A stretch of DNA of 21,785 nt, taken from the NCBI GenBank assembly GCA_013378385.1, contig JACAFS010000013.1:1-21785 (forward strand), written 5' to 3'. This DNA is from Nitrososphaerota archaeon. Its GTDB lineage: Archaea; Thermoproteota; Nitrososphaeria; Nitrososphaerales; UBA57. Every line of letters begins with the position of its first letter. The first letter of the stretch is position 1. Both the position numbers and the translations under genes were made by a program. Positions 1-8,687 of this stretch are shown here, piece by piece. The notes beneath the pieces are model-generated. The model ran no database searches. It was not told where the DNA came from and worked only from the letters and a program-made list of their open reading frames with translations.

Positions 1-257
1 GTCATCCTTGTCGTGCTGGTATTGACTTTCCAACACATGAAGAATTGATTGCGTATAATACGTCTGGTAAAAATTCTGATATAGATACTATAAATAAACT
101 AGTCGGTAAATCTGTTAACGCAGATTTTGTTGGTTATAATACTGTAGAAAACCTTTCTCTTGGCATCGGAAAAAAACCCTCTGAATTATGTATGGCTTGT
201 CATGATGGCGAATACGGAGTTCTTAATCGCAATCTTAGTAATAACAATGCGGAGTAA
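1..257 (+). CDS. purF: Amidophosphoribosyltransferase, C-terminal fragment (5' end lies outside the window)
   Basis: The frame is open from position 3 (HPCRAGIDFPTHEELIAYN...), so the listed ATG at 45 is internal. PCxxGID and the C-terminal CMACHDGEYG resemble the PurF PRTase domain tail (CxACFxGxYP). It sits directly upstream of purD. Stop TAA at 255-257. Confidence 0.7.
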   Translation, partial: HPCRAGIDFPTHEELIAYNTSGKNSDIDTINKLVGKSVNADFVGYNTVENLSLGIGKKPSELCMACHDGEYGVLNRNLSNNNAE

Positions 258-263
258 TCTATT

Positions 264-1514
264 TTGAATGTGTTAGTCATAGGAGGCGGTGGAAGGGAAC
301 ACGCTATTTGTGTTTCAATTTCTAATTCAAATCTTCTTGATAAACTTTATTGTGTACCTGGTAATCCTGGTATTGAAAATGTTGCAACCTGCATTGAAGG
401 GGACATAATGAATAATGATTTTATACTTGATATATGTAAAAAAAACTCAATTGATTTTGTAATTGTTGGCCCTGAAGCTCCTCTTACAAATGGCGTTGTT
501 GACATACTCAATAGTGAGGATATTTATGCCTTCGGCCCTGATTCAAAAGCTGCTGAACTAGAAGGTTCAAAAATTTTTATGAAAGATCTTTGTAAAAAAT
601 ATGAAATCCCTAGTTCTGCTTACGAGACTTTCTTTGATGCAGATTCTGCTATTTCCTATCTTGAATCTCAAAATATGCCTATAGTTGTCAAAGCCAATGG
701 CTTAGCTGCTGGCAAGGGTGTTATTATAGCTCATGAAAAATCTGAGGCTATACAAGCTGTCAATGATATGTTAATTAACAACAAATTTGGTTCGGCAGGG
801 GATTCTATAGTTATTGAAGAATTTTTAGAAGGACGTGAAACTAGCTTCTTTATCATTTCAGACGGAAATACTGTGCTTCCTTTAGGATTTGCCCAAGATT
901 ATAAACCAATTTTTGAAGGAAATAAAGGTCCTAATACTGGAGGCATGGGCTCTTATAGTCCTGTTGAATATGTCGATTCTAATTTAGAAAAAGAAATCTT
1001 ATCTCTTGCTCAAAAAACAATTGACTCGATGAATAAAGAAGGCCGAACATATCGTGGTGTTCTATATGTTGGATTAATGCTTACTGAAAACGGACCAAAA
1101 ATCTTAGAGTACAACGTACGTTTTGGAGATCCTGAATGTCAAGTACTCCTTCCACGTATTAAAAATGACTTACTCGAAATTTTGTATCTTTCTAGCAAAG
1201 GAGAATTGAATAAAGTTACTGATTATGAATTATATCCGGACTCAACTATATGTGTTGTTATATCTTCACCTGGTTATCCTGAAAAACCAATAACTGGCTC
1301 TGAAATAATAATTAAAAATAATTATAATATATTACATGCCGGAACCGAAAAGAAAAACAATAAGTTATATTCTAAAGGCGGCCGTGTTTTAAATATTCTT
1401 GGCAAAGGCTCCGACCTTTTAATTGCTCGAGATGAAGCATATAAATTAATAAATGGTATTACATGGAAAGATATGTATTATAGAAGGGATATAGGTTTAA
1501 TTGAAAATGAGTAA
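264..1514 (+). CDS. purD: Phosphoribosylamine-glycine ligase (GAR synthetase)
   Basis: 416 aa. N-terminus NVLVIGGGGREHA, ATP-grasp motifs GLAAGKGV and EEFLEGRETS, and NVRFGDPE. No ATG is available, so the start is TTG at 264 or GTG at 270. Confidence 0.95.
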   Translation: MNVLVIGGGGREHAICVSISNSNLLDKLYCVPGNPGIENVATCIEGDIMNNDFILDICKKNSIDFVIVGPEAPLTNGVVDILNSEDIYAFGPDSKAAELEGSKIFMKDLCKKYEIPSSAYETFFDADSAISYLESQNMPIVVKANGLAAGKGVIIAHEKSEAIQAVNDMLINNKFGSAGDSIVIEEFLEGRETSFFIISDGNTVLPLGFAQDYKPIFEGNKGPNTGGMGSYSPVEYVDSNLEKEILSLAQKTIDSMNKEGRTYRGVLYVGLMLTENGPKILEYNVRFGDPECQVLLPRIKNDLLEILYLSSKGELNKVTDYELYPDSTICVVISSPGYPEKPITGSEIIIKNNYNILHAGTEKKNNKLYSKGGRVLNILGKGSDLLIARDEAYKLINGITWKDMYYRRDIGLIENE

Positions 1515-1950
1515 AAAAGTAGCTGTAATTTCTGGCAGTAAATCTGATTCAAATATCACAGATCTAATCGGCAAAGTTTTTGATGACTTTGGCGTTGATC
1601 ATGAGATTCGTGTAATTTCTGCACATCGAAATCATGACGAATTGCAAGAATACGTGTCAAATTCTGACGCTGATATATTTATTGGTGTTGCAGGTCTTTC
1701 TGCACATCTTCCTGGAGTTCTATCTGCTCTCACAACTAAACCTGTTATAGGTGTTCCAGTTGAAGCCAAGCTTGGAGGAATTGACTCCTTGCTCTCTATT
1801 GCACAAATGCCTCCTGGCATTCCAGTTGCTGCCGTTGGAATCGACAATGGTAAAAATGCAGCTTTATTGGCAATTGCTATATTGTGCCTAAACGATGAAG
1901 AGCTTCATAACAAACTCGTAGAATATCGCAATAGTTGGAAAACACAATGA
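1507..1950 (+). CDS. purE: N5-carboxyaminoimidazole ribonucleotide mutase / AIR carboxylase (PurE family; class not determined)
   Basis: MSKKVAVISGSKSD, SAHR, GLSAHLPGV, PVIGVPV. I prefer the ATG at 1507 to the TTG at 1501 in the ORF track. It overlaps the purD stop (1512-1514). Confidence 0.9.
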   Translation: MSKKVAVISGSKSDSNITDLIGKVFDDFGVDHEIRVISAHRNHDELQEYVSNSDADIFIGVAGLSAHLPGVLSALTTKPVIGVPVEAKLGGIDSLLSIAQMPPGIPVAAVGIDNGKNAALLAIAILCLNDEELHNKLVEYRNSWKTQ

Positions 1951-2792
1951 GCTCTTTAGATTCTGACTATTCTTTGATTAAACAAGGTAAAGTAAAAACT
2001 GCCTATGAATCTCCTTCTAATCCTGATAATATAATGTTTGACTTTTCAGATCGTATATCTGCCTTTGATGTAGTTATTCCCACTGACATTCCAAAAAAGG
2101 GAGAAAATTTGCGTGATTTTGCAAAATTCTTCTTTGATAATCTTAATGTACCTCACCATCTAATTGAAACAGTTGATTCTACAAAAATGATTGTTAAAAA
2201 ACTCGATATGATTCCAGTCGAATGTATTGTACGTGGTTATCTTTATGGCGGTCTATTCGATCGAGTCAACAATGGCGAAATAGAAATCGATTGTGATAAT
2301 GTTTTAGCTACTAAATTGCCCGAACCTATATTTGACCCAACTACAAAATCCGATATTAAAGATGAACCAATTACTGAATCAGAAATTATTTCTCAGAAAA
2401 TTATTTCGGAAGAAGAATTGAATTATTTGAAAAATACTTCCATTGACATTTATAAAAAAATCCTTGATATGGCATCTAAGTCTGGATTTCTAATTGCGGA
2501 TTTGAAACTTGAATTTGGCAAGGACGAATCAGGAAATATTCTTCTTGCTGATTCAATCGGCCCTGATGAATTCAGGTTGTGGTCTCTAGCTAAATATGAA
2601 GTTGGAAAAACTCAAGAGAGTTATGACAAACAGATTCTCCGTGACTGGCTCATTGATTCTGGCTATAAGAAACAACTTGACAATGCCCGAAAAAATAAAT
2701 CTGATTTGCCTCCTCCACCTGTACTTCCTCAAGATCTCGTAGATTTGATCCAGGAAAGATATGCAACCGCTTATGAGAACTTTTCAAAATAA
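1947..2792 (+). CDS. purC: SAICAR synthase
   Basis: GKVKTAY, DRISAFD, ECIVRGYLYG, ADLKLEFG. The ATG at 1947 forms an ATGA overlap with the purE stop (1948-1950). The ORF-track start at 1935 (TTG) is the alternative. Confidence 0.9.
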   Translation: MSSLDSDYSLIKQGKVKTAYESPSNPDNIMFDFSDRISAFDVVIPTDIPKKGENLRDFAKFFFDNLNVPHHLIETVDSTKMIVKKLDMIPVECIVRGYLYGGLFDRVNNGEIEIDCDNVLATKLPEPIFDPTTKSDIKDEPITESEIISQKIISEEELNYLKNTSIDIYKKILDMASKSGFLIADLKLEFGKDESGNILLADSIGPDEFRLWSLAKYEVGKTQESYDKQILRDWLIDSGYKKQLDNARKNKSDLPPPPVLPQDLVDLIQERYATAYENFSK

Positions 2793-2798
2793 TCGAAA

Positions 2799-3836
2799 AT
2801 GACTACTTGGTCCTACAAAAAAGCGGGAGTCGATATACGCAGTATCAAATCTAGTCACTCTGAAATCACCAAATTACTTGGTTCGACACTTTCTCTTCGA
2901 AATGGCCGAATAGGTGAAGTAATCACTGGTTCTGGTCATTATGCAGGCGTTATAAAACTTCGAAATAACGATTATCTTGCTTTGCATACTGATGGAGTCG
3001 GAACTAAAGTTCTAATTGCTCAACAATATTCAAAATTTGATACAGTTGGAATTGATTGTGTAGCAATGAATGTAAACGACCTTATCTGTGTAGGAGCTGA
3101 ACCGATATCTCTTGTTGATTACATTGCTCTGAAAAAGAACAATCCTGTTTTAGTAAAAGAGATAACTAAAGGCTTAGTTAAAGGTTCGAAATTATCTGAC
3201 ACTCCTATAATTGGCGGTGAAACTGCAATCATGCCTGATGTAATCGAAGGATATGGAAACAAAGCATTTGATCTTGCTGCATCTGCTATTGGCATAATAA
3301 ATAAAAGAACCAACATGCTTAATAGAAAAATTAAATCTGGCGACATAATCATTGGCCTAAGAAGTTCTGGTATTCATTCTAATGGGGCTACACTTGCCCG
3401 CAAAGTCTTATTGGAAAAATACTCTCTTCGTAAAAAAATATACAAATCAAAACGGTTAGGGGATGTTTTGCTTGAACCAACTATAATCTATTCCAAAGCT
3501 ATTATGGATATTTTGAATAATATAAAATCAATTCATGGACTTGCTCATATAACCGGTGGGGCTTTTACTAAATTACCACGAATAGGCTCTGTTGGCTTCT
3601 CTATCGATTTACCTGAATCTCCATTAATTTTCGATTTAATTCAAAGGACTGGTAATATCTCTGACAAAGAAATGCATCGAACATTTAACATGGGTTATGG
3701 TTTTGTTGTTATTTGTCCAAAATCTCAACATAACAACGTTGTTTCTATTCTTGACGAATACAAGATAAAGAGCGACGTTATAGGCGAAATATTCGCTGGT
3801 TCAGGCGTAAAAGTTAACGGTAAATCTATACTCTAA
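2799..3836 (+). CDS. purM: Phosphoribosylformylglycinamidine cyclo-ligase (AIR synthetase)
   Basis: 345 aa. YKKAGVDI, LHTDGVGTK, DCVAMNVNDL, IGGETA, SSGIHSNG. Confidence 0.95.
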   Translation: MTTWSYKKAGVDIRSIKSSHSEITKLLGSTLSLRNGRIGEVITGSGHYAGVIKLRNNDYLALHTDGVGTKVLIAQQYSKFDTVGIDCVAMNVNDLICVGAEPISLVDYIALKKNNPVLVKEITKGLVKGSKLSDTPIIGGETAIMPDVIEGYGNKAFDLAASAIGIINKRTNMLNRKIKSGDIIIGLRSSGIHSNGATLARKVLLEKYSLRKKIYKSKRLGDVLLEPTIIYSKAIMDILNNIKSIHGLAHITGGAFTKLPRIGSVGFSIDLPESPLIFDLIQRTGNISDKEMHRTFNMGYGFVVICPKSQHNNVVSILDEYKIKSDVIGEIFAGSGVKVNGKSIL

Positions 3837-4873
3837 CCTAATTTACATAAATCTTCTGGGTTATTGTTCGAATATGTACAAGTAAAGCAATTGTTATTTG
3901 ATTCTTTTAATTTCTTCTCAAATTCTTCTTCTTCATATACTCCAAATTTGCTATAAATACTCTTGTATTTTGCAGCATTATCTCCAAATAACAATACGAT
4001 CTTTCCCTCAAGTTTGTTTATGGTCTTGTTTAAAGCCGCTAAAACAGATCCAGTTGACGGACCTGCAAATAAATTCTCTGTTGCCGCTAATTGTTTTATC
4101 ATCTCGAAAGATTCTTTGTCAGTAACTGTTATCTTTTCATCAATTACCTCTATCCTTCTTTTTAATAGTTCTGGTTTCTCTGATTCATCTAGGTTTCTTA
4201 AACCTTGTATGTTATGATTTTTTTGTGGCTCCGCGGCAATTATTTTGATATCTGGATTTTTTTCTTTTAGATAAGTTCCCACTCCTGTAATTGTTCCACC
4301 TGTTCCAATTCCTGTTATGAACGCTCCTACTTTTCCGTCTGTCGCTTTCCAGATTTCTGGACCAGTTCCATGATAATGCGATCTAAAATTCGCATCATTG
4401 TTGTATTGGTCTGGCGAATAATATTCACCTGGGTGGTTTTTTATTAATGCTGAAGCTAATGCTATTGCCTGATCTGTTCCAGGTCCAACTCTTGGACATA
4501 AGTCATCTTCCGTTTCCAAAAGTTTTGCACCGTTTGTTCTTAGAATATCTTTCGTTTCATCACTCATTCTTTCTGGCACTGCCAATTCTATTTTATACCC
4601 TAGTGATTTTGCAAAATGACTTAGTGCAACTCCTGTATTTCCCGAAGTTGGTTCAATTACTGTTGTTTTATCTCTAATTAGGTTCCCTTGTTTTTCTCCT
4701 TCGTTTAACATCCATGATGCAGGTCTTGCTTTTACAGAACCTGAAGGATTACACCATTCAATTTTTGCATATACTTCTTTTAAATCAAATAAATTGTTTA
4801 ATCTAACAAGCGGTGTATTGCCTACTTCTTTTACTATGTCTTCTGCATTAGATATATCTGACTGAGCCTGCAA
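3833..4873 (-). CDS. cysK: PLP-dependent cysteine synthase (CysK/CysM / O-phosphoserine sulfhydrylase family) with a ~35-aa Cys-containing C-terminal extension
   Basis: 346 aa. GNTPLVRL, PSGSVKAR (PLP lysine), TSGNTG asparagine loop, GIGTGGTITG phosphate loop. Only a TTG start (4873) lies upstream of the conserved N-terminus. The substrate (OAS versus OPS) cannot be read from the sequence. Confidence 0.85.
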   Translation of the reverse strand: MQAQSDISNAEDIVKEVGNTPLVRLNNLFDLKEVYAKIEWCNPSGSVKARPASWMLNEGEKQGNLIRDKTTVIEPTSGNTGVALSHFAKSLGYKIELAVPERMSDETKDILRTNGAKLLETEDDLCPRVGPGTDQAIALASALIKNHPGEYYSPDQYNNDANFRSHYHGTGPEIWKATDGKVGAFITGIGTGGTITGVGTYLKEKNPDIKIIAAEPQKNHNIQGLRNLDESEKPELLKRRIEVIDEKITVTDKESFEMIKQLAATENLFAGPSTGSVLAALNKTINKLEGKIVLLFGDNAAKYKSIYSKFGVYEEEEFEKKLKESNNNCFTCTYSNNNPEDLCKLG

Positions 4874-4944
4874 TTCTTTTCATTTATCATGCCGTTATAT
4901 CATTATATAAATCCTTCTTCAAAACACCCATTAAATAAAAATTG

Positions 4945-4958
4945 ATAACAGGTGTTAT
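4945..4958. promoter_or_regulatory. Inverted repeat ATAACA-GG-TGTTAT directly upstream of the sufC TATA box; candidate operator
   Basis: Perfect 6+6 inverted repeat with a 2-nt spacer, 3 nt upstream of the CTTTATATTA box, in the cysK/sufC divergent intergenic region. Repeats this short are expected by chance in AT-rich DNA, so only the position is suggestive. Confidence 0.2.
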
Positions 4959-4960
4959 AG

Positions 4961-4970
4961 CTTTATATTA
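4961..4970 (+). promoter_or_regulatory. TATA-box-like promoter element for the sufCSU operon
   Basis: CTTTATATTA is centred ~26 nt upstream of the ATG at 4991. That is the archaeal TATA-to-TSS distance and implies a leaderless mRNA. Confidence 0.4.
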
Positions 4971-4990
4971 TTTAATTTTGGTAAATGAAT

Positions 4991-5746
4991 ATGCAATCTA
5001 CTCTTGATATAAAGGATCTTCATGTGTCTGTAGAAGGTAAACCAATTCTCAAAGGTTTGAGCTTAACAGTTAACAAAGGTGAAAATCATGCAATTATGGG
5101 ACCAAATGGATCTGGTAAAAGTACATTGGCAAATACTCTGATGGGCCATCCAAAATACGTAGTCGATAAAGGCGATATATTAATCGACGGTGAAAATATT
5201 GTTAAACTCTCTCCAGATAAAAGAGCAAAAAAAGGACTCTTTTTAGCATTTCAATATCCGCACGAAGTTTCAGGCGTCAGCGTTTTTAATTTCCTCCGTG
5301 CATCATTTAATTCTATAACTGAAACACCTGACAGTAAACCCTTGTCTATTATTGCTTTTAGGAAATATCTTAGAGAAAAAATGGAAATTCTTGGCATAGA
5401 AGAATCTTTTGTCAAAAGATATCTAAACGAAGGTTTTTCTGGCGGCGAAAAAAAGAAAAGTGAAATTCTTCAAATGGCCGTTCTCAAACCTAAAATCGCG
5501 GTTCTTGACGAAACTGATTCTGGTTTGGATATAGATGCATTGAAAATCGTTTCTGAGGCAGTAAACACAATGTCTGGACCTGATCTTGGAATTCTATTAA
5601 TTACTCATTACCAACGTATATTGAAATATGTGAAACCCGAATTCGTTCATGTATTGATAGATGGAAGAATTGTAAAATCTGGTTCCATGTCTTTAGCTGA
5701 AGAACTTGAAAACAAAGGTTACGATTGGATTCGTGAAGATTTATAA
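4991..5746 (+). CDS. sufC: Fe-S cluster assembly ATPase SufC
   Basis: Walker A GPNGSGKST, ABC signature FSGGEKK, Walker B AVLDETDSGLD, H-loop THY. Start is the ATG at 4991, favoured by TATA spacing, or the ATG at 4985 from the ORF track. Confidence 0.93.
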   Translation: MQSTLDIKDLHVSVEGKPILKGLSLTVNKGENHAIMGPNGSGKSTLANTLMGHPKYVVDKGDILIDGENIVKLSPDKRAKKGLFLAFQYPHEVSGVSVFNFLRASFNSITETPDSKPLSIIAFRKYLREKMEILGIEESFVKRYLNEGFSGGEKKKSEILQMAVLKPKIAVLDETDSGLDIDALKIVSEAVNTMSGPDLGILLITHYQRILKYVKPEFVHVLIDGRIVKSGSMSLAEELENKGYDWIREDL

Positions 5747-6975
5747 TGAGTAGTGACATCTTTCAAGATATTAAAAACGATTTTCCTATATTCTCAAATC
5801 AAATTAATGGAAAAGATTTTGTTTATCTTGATAGTGCTGCTACCACTCAAAAACCAAATGACGTGATTGACTCAGTTGTTCATTATTATAAAAACTGTAA
5901 CTCAAATATTCATCGCGGAATATACTCAATTAGTATTGAAGCAACAGAGCTTTATGAAGATGCTCGTAGTAATATTGGCAAATTCATCAATGCTAAATCG
6001 TCTCATGAGATTGTGTTTACACGTAATGCGACTGAAGCTGTAAATCTAGTAGCTAATACGTGGGCATCTCAGAATCTGAAGGAAGGAGATTCTATTATTC
6101 TGACCGAAATGGAACATCATAGTAATCTCGTGCCTTGGCAAATTCTTGCTAAAAAACTAAATCTTAAACTCAATTTTATTGAAATTCAACCTGATGGCGA
6201 GCTAATTCTTGATAAATTGGATAATTTGTTCCAAGAAAATGCAAAATTTCTTTCACTCACTCATGTATCTAATGTTTTGGGAACCATTAATCCGATTAAG
6301 GATATTATATCAAAAGCCCACGAACACGGAATTACTACTCTTGTCGACGCAGCACAATCAGTTCCTCATATGCCTGTTGACGTTCAAGATCTAGACAGCG
6401 ATTTCTTTGTATTCTCAGGTCATAAAATGTTAGGCCCTTCTGGCATAGGCGTTCTACATGCAAAGAAAACACTTCTTGAAAATATGGAACCATTTCTTTA
6501 TGGAGGTGATATGATTTCCAATGTTAGTTTACGCGAAGCTCAATGGAATGACGTCCCTTGGAAATTTGAAGCTGGAACTCCTAATATTGCCGGTGCTATT
6601 GGTTTGGGGAAAGCAGTAGATTATCTTAATCAAATTGGTATGGATGTTATTCACAAACATGAACAAGAATTATATAATTATGCTATTGATAGATTCTCTG
6701 AATTAAAAGATTTCAAAATATTTGGTTTAGAAAACAAACATTCCACAGGAGGCGTTATATCATTCTCATATTCTGATTTTCATCCTCATGATATTGCAAC
6801 AATTCTTGATGGTGAATCTATAGCTGTACGTGCTGGCCATCATTGTGCACAGCCTCTTATGGAAAAATTGGGTGTTCCTGCTACTACGAGAGCTAGTTTT
6901 TATGTTTATAATGACACATCAGATATTGATAAATTATTTAATGGTTTACAAAAAGTAAGAAGTGTATTGACTTAA
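5746..6975 (+). CDS. sufS: Cysteine desulfurase, SufS (class II) type
   Basis: 409 aa. HHSNLVPWQ, SGHKMLGPSGIG (PLP lysine), RAGHHCAQP (catalytic Cys loop). TAATG overlap with the sufC stop. Confidence 0.93.
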   Translation: MSSDIFQDIKNDFPIFSNQINGKDFVYLDSAATTQKPNDVIDSVVHYYKNCNSNIHRGIYSISIEATELYEDARSNIGKFINAKSSHEIVFTRNATEAVNLVANTWASQNLKEGDSIILTEMEHHSNLVPWQILAKKLNLKLNFIEIQPDGELILDKLDNLFQENAKFLSLTHVSNVLGTINPIKDIISKAHEHGITTLVDAAQSVPHMPVDVQDLDSDFFVFSGHKMLGPSGIGVLHAKKTLLENMEPFLYGGDMISNVSLREAQWNDVPWKFEAGTPNIAGAIGLGKAVDYLNQIGMDVIHKHEQELYNYAIDRFSELKDFKIFGLENKHSTGGVISFSYSDFHPHDIATILDGESIAVRAGHHCAQPLMEKLGVPATTRASFYVYNDTSDIDKLFNGLQKVRSVLT

Positions 6976-7379
6976 TGAGCGAAGATATTTACAAAGAAAT
7001 TATTCTTGATCACTATAGAAACCCTAGAAATAAGGGCAGCCTGAGCAATGCTGAAATCTCCGCTCAGGATAATAACCCTGTTTGTGGTGATCGACTTTCT
7101 ATTGATATTAAACTTGAAGATAACGTTGTTTCAGACATAAAATTCGACGGCGAAGGATGTGCAATCAGTCAGTCTTCTGCATCTATACTCACTGAGATGC
7201 TTATGGGTAAAACTGTCGACGAATTGTCTAAATTTACCAAAGATGAATTATTAGAAGAATTGGGAACTCCTTCATTAGGGCCTGCTCGAATAAAATGTGC
7301 TCTTCTTTCTCTCAAAGTCCTTAAAATGGGCACGTATCAATATCTTGGTGCCGAATTACCTTCTGATTCTGACAATTAA
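6975..7379 (+). CDS. sufU: SufU/IscU-family Fe-S scaffold or sulfur-transfer protein (NifU N-terminal-like)
   Basis: 134 aa with three conserved Cys in NPVCGDRL, GEGCAISQSS and ARIKCALLS. There is no LPPVK motif. TAATG overlap with the sufS stop. Confidence 0.8.
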   Translation: MSEDIYKEIILDHYRNPRNKGSLSNAEISAQDNNPVCGDRLSIDIKLEDNVVSDIKFDGEGCAISQSSASILTEMLMGKTVDELSKFTKDELLEELGTPSLGPARIKCALLSLKVLKMGTYQYLGAELPSDSDN

Positions 7380-8644
7380 ATAATAATTTTGTCTCCTAAT
7401 ACTGGAGCTATTGCATCATAACCATAATCTTTCTGTACTTTTTGAACAAAACTCGTTGCTTGTTCTTCTTCTCCGTGTACTGCCACTATTGTGGGATTTC
7501 CCTTTATTCCATCAATCATTTCGAATAATTGTTTACTTCCACTATGAGATGAAAAATTAAAATGTTCAAATTTACCTTTTATTTTCTTTAATTTCCCATC
7601 TACTTTGATCATCTTTTTTTCTAATAATGTTCTTCCTGGAGTACCTTCTGCTTGATAAGAAACTAAAGAAATAGCATTCTTTTCATTCATTGCAATACTT
7701 CCTTTATAATAAGACGATAATCCCCCAACCATCATTCCTGCTGGAACTATTATCACTCCCGGTGTATTCATTATTTCTTTTCTTTGCTTCCAATTCTTTG
7801 CTTCAGTTAATCCATTAATCATTTGTTTAAATAATTCTGAATCTCCTAAAAATTCTAAATTTTCTAATAAAATGCGATTTGTTTTTAATGCCATTCCATC
7901 CATTGCTACTGGCAATGAATAATTGTGAGATTTTAGAACACATGCAATCTCTTGTGATCTACCTACTGCAAATGCTGGTACTAATAGTGTTCCTCCTCTT
8001 TCTGTCACATCTTTTGCAAAGCTTACAAATTCTTCTTCTACATCTTCTCTATCTGGATGATCATTTACTCCGTATGTTGCTTCTGTGATAAGTAGATCCA
8101 CTTCTCCGTATTTCGTATCTGCCCCTTTCACCAAATTCTGATCTGATGAATTTATATCTCCTGTATAAACTACTCTTTTTCCTTCACCTTCGATACTTAC
8201 GCTTACACTTCCTGGCATGTGACCTGCATTAACAAAATTTACTTTTATATCTCCTATGTTGAATTCTGAATTCATACCTATGTCTACTATGCTCTCCTTC
8301 ATTTTTTCTAATTCTTGATGCTGGTATGGAAGATATTGTTTTGTAACATCATTTGATAGATTGATGAAATCGTCTATTAGTAGGTCGCATATCTGAGCTG
8401 TTGGCTTCGTACAATAAGTCTTAATATCGTTTGATAGATAAAATGAAGGAACTCCTCCACTATGATCTAAATGTGCATGACTTAGTATAATTGCATCAAT
8501 CTCCTTTGGATTAACGTGTAACGGCCATTTCATAGGATGCCGAATTTGCACTCCATAATCCAAAATTATTTTTTTATTCTCAATTTCTAATAAAAAAGCC
8601 GATCGACCCACTTCTCTAGACGCACCTAATGTAGTCAGTTTCAT
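7376..8644 (-). CDS. Metallo-beta-lactamase / beta-CASP ribonuclease, aCPSF2-like (no N-terminal KH domains)
   Basis: 422 aa. LGASREVGRS, HAHLDHSGG, NAGHMPGS, TEATYG, SSHSG, AVHGE. These are the MBL motifs 1-4 and beta-CASP motifs A-C of CPSF-73 family nucleases. Confidence 0.85.
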   Translation of the reverse strand: MKLTTLGASREVGRSAFLLEIENKKIILDYGVQIRHPMKWPLHVNPKEIDAIILSHAHLDHSGGVPSFYLSNDIKTYCTKPTAQICDLLIDDFINLSNDVTKQYLPYQHQELEKMKESIVDIGMNSEFNIGDIKVNFVNAGHMPGSVSVSIEGEGKRVVYTGDINSSDQNLVKGADTKYGEVDLLITEATYGVNDHPDREDVEEEFVSFAKDVTERGGTLLVPAFAVGRSQEIACVLKSHNYSLPVAMDGMALKTNRILLENLEFLGDSELFKQMINGLTEAKNWKQRKEIMNTPGVIIVPAGMMVGGLSSYYKGSIAMNEKNAISLVSYQAEGTPGRTLLEKKMIKVDGKLKKIKGKFEHFNFSSHSGSKQLFEMIDGIKGNPTIVAVHGEEEQATSFVQKVQKDYGYDAIAPVLGDKIII

Positions 8645-8687
8645 TCAATTATCAGTAAGATTTTTAGTCATCTGGAATATATAATCA

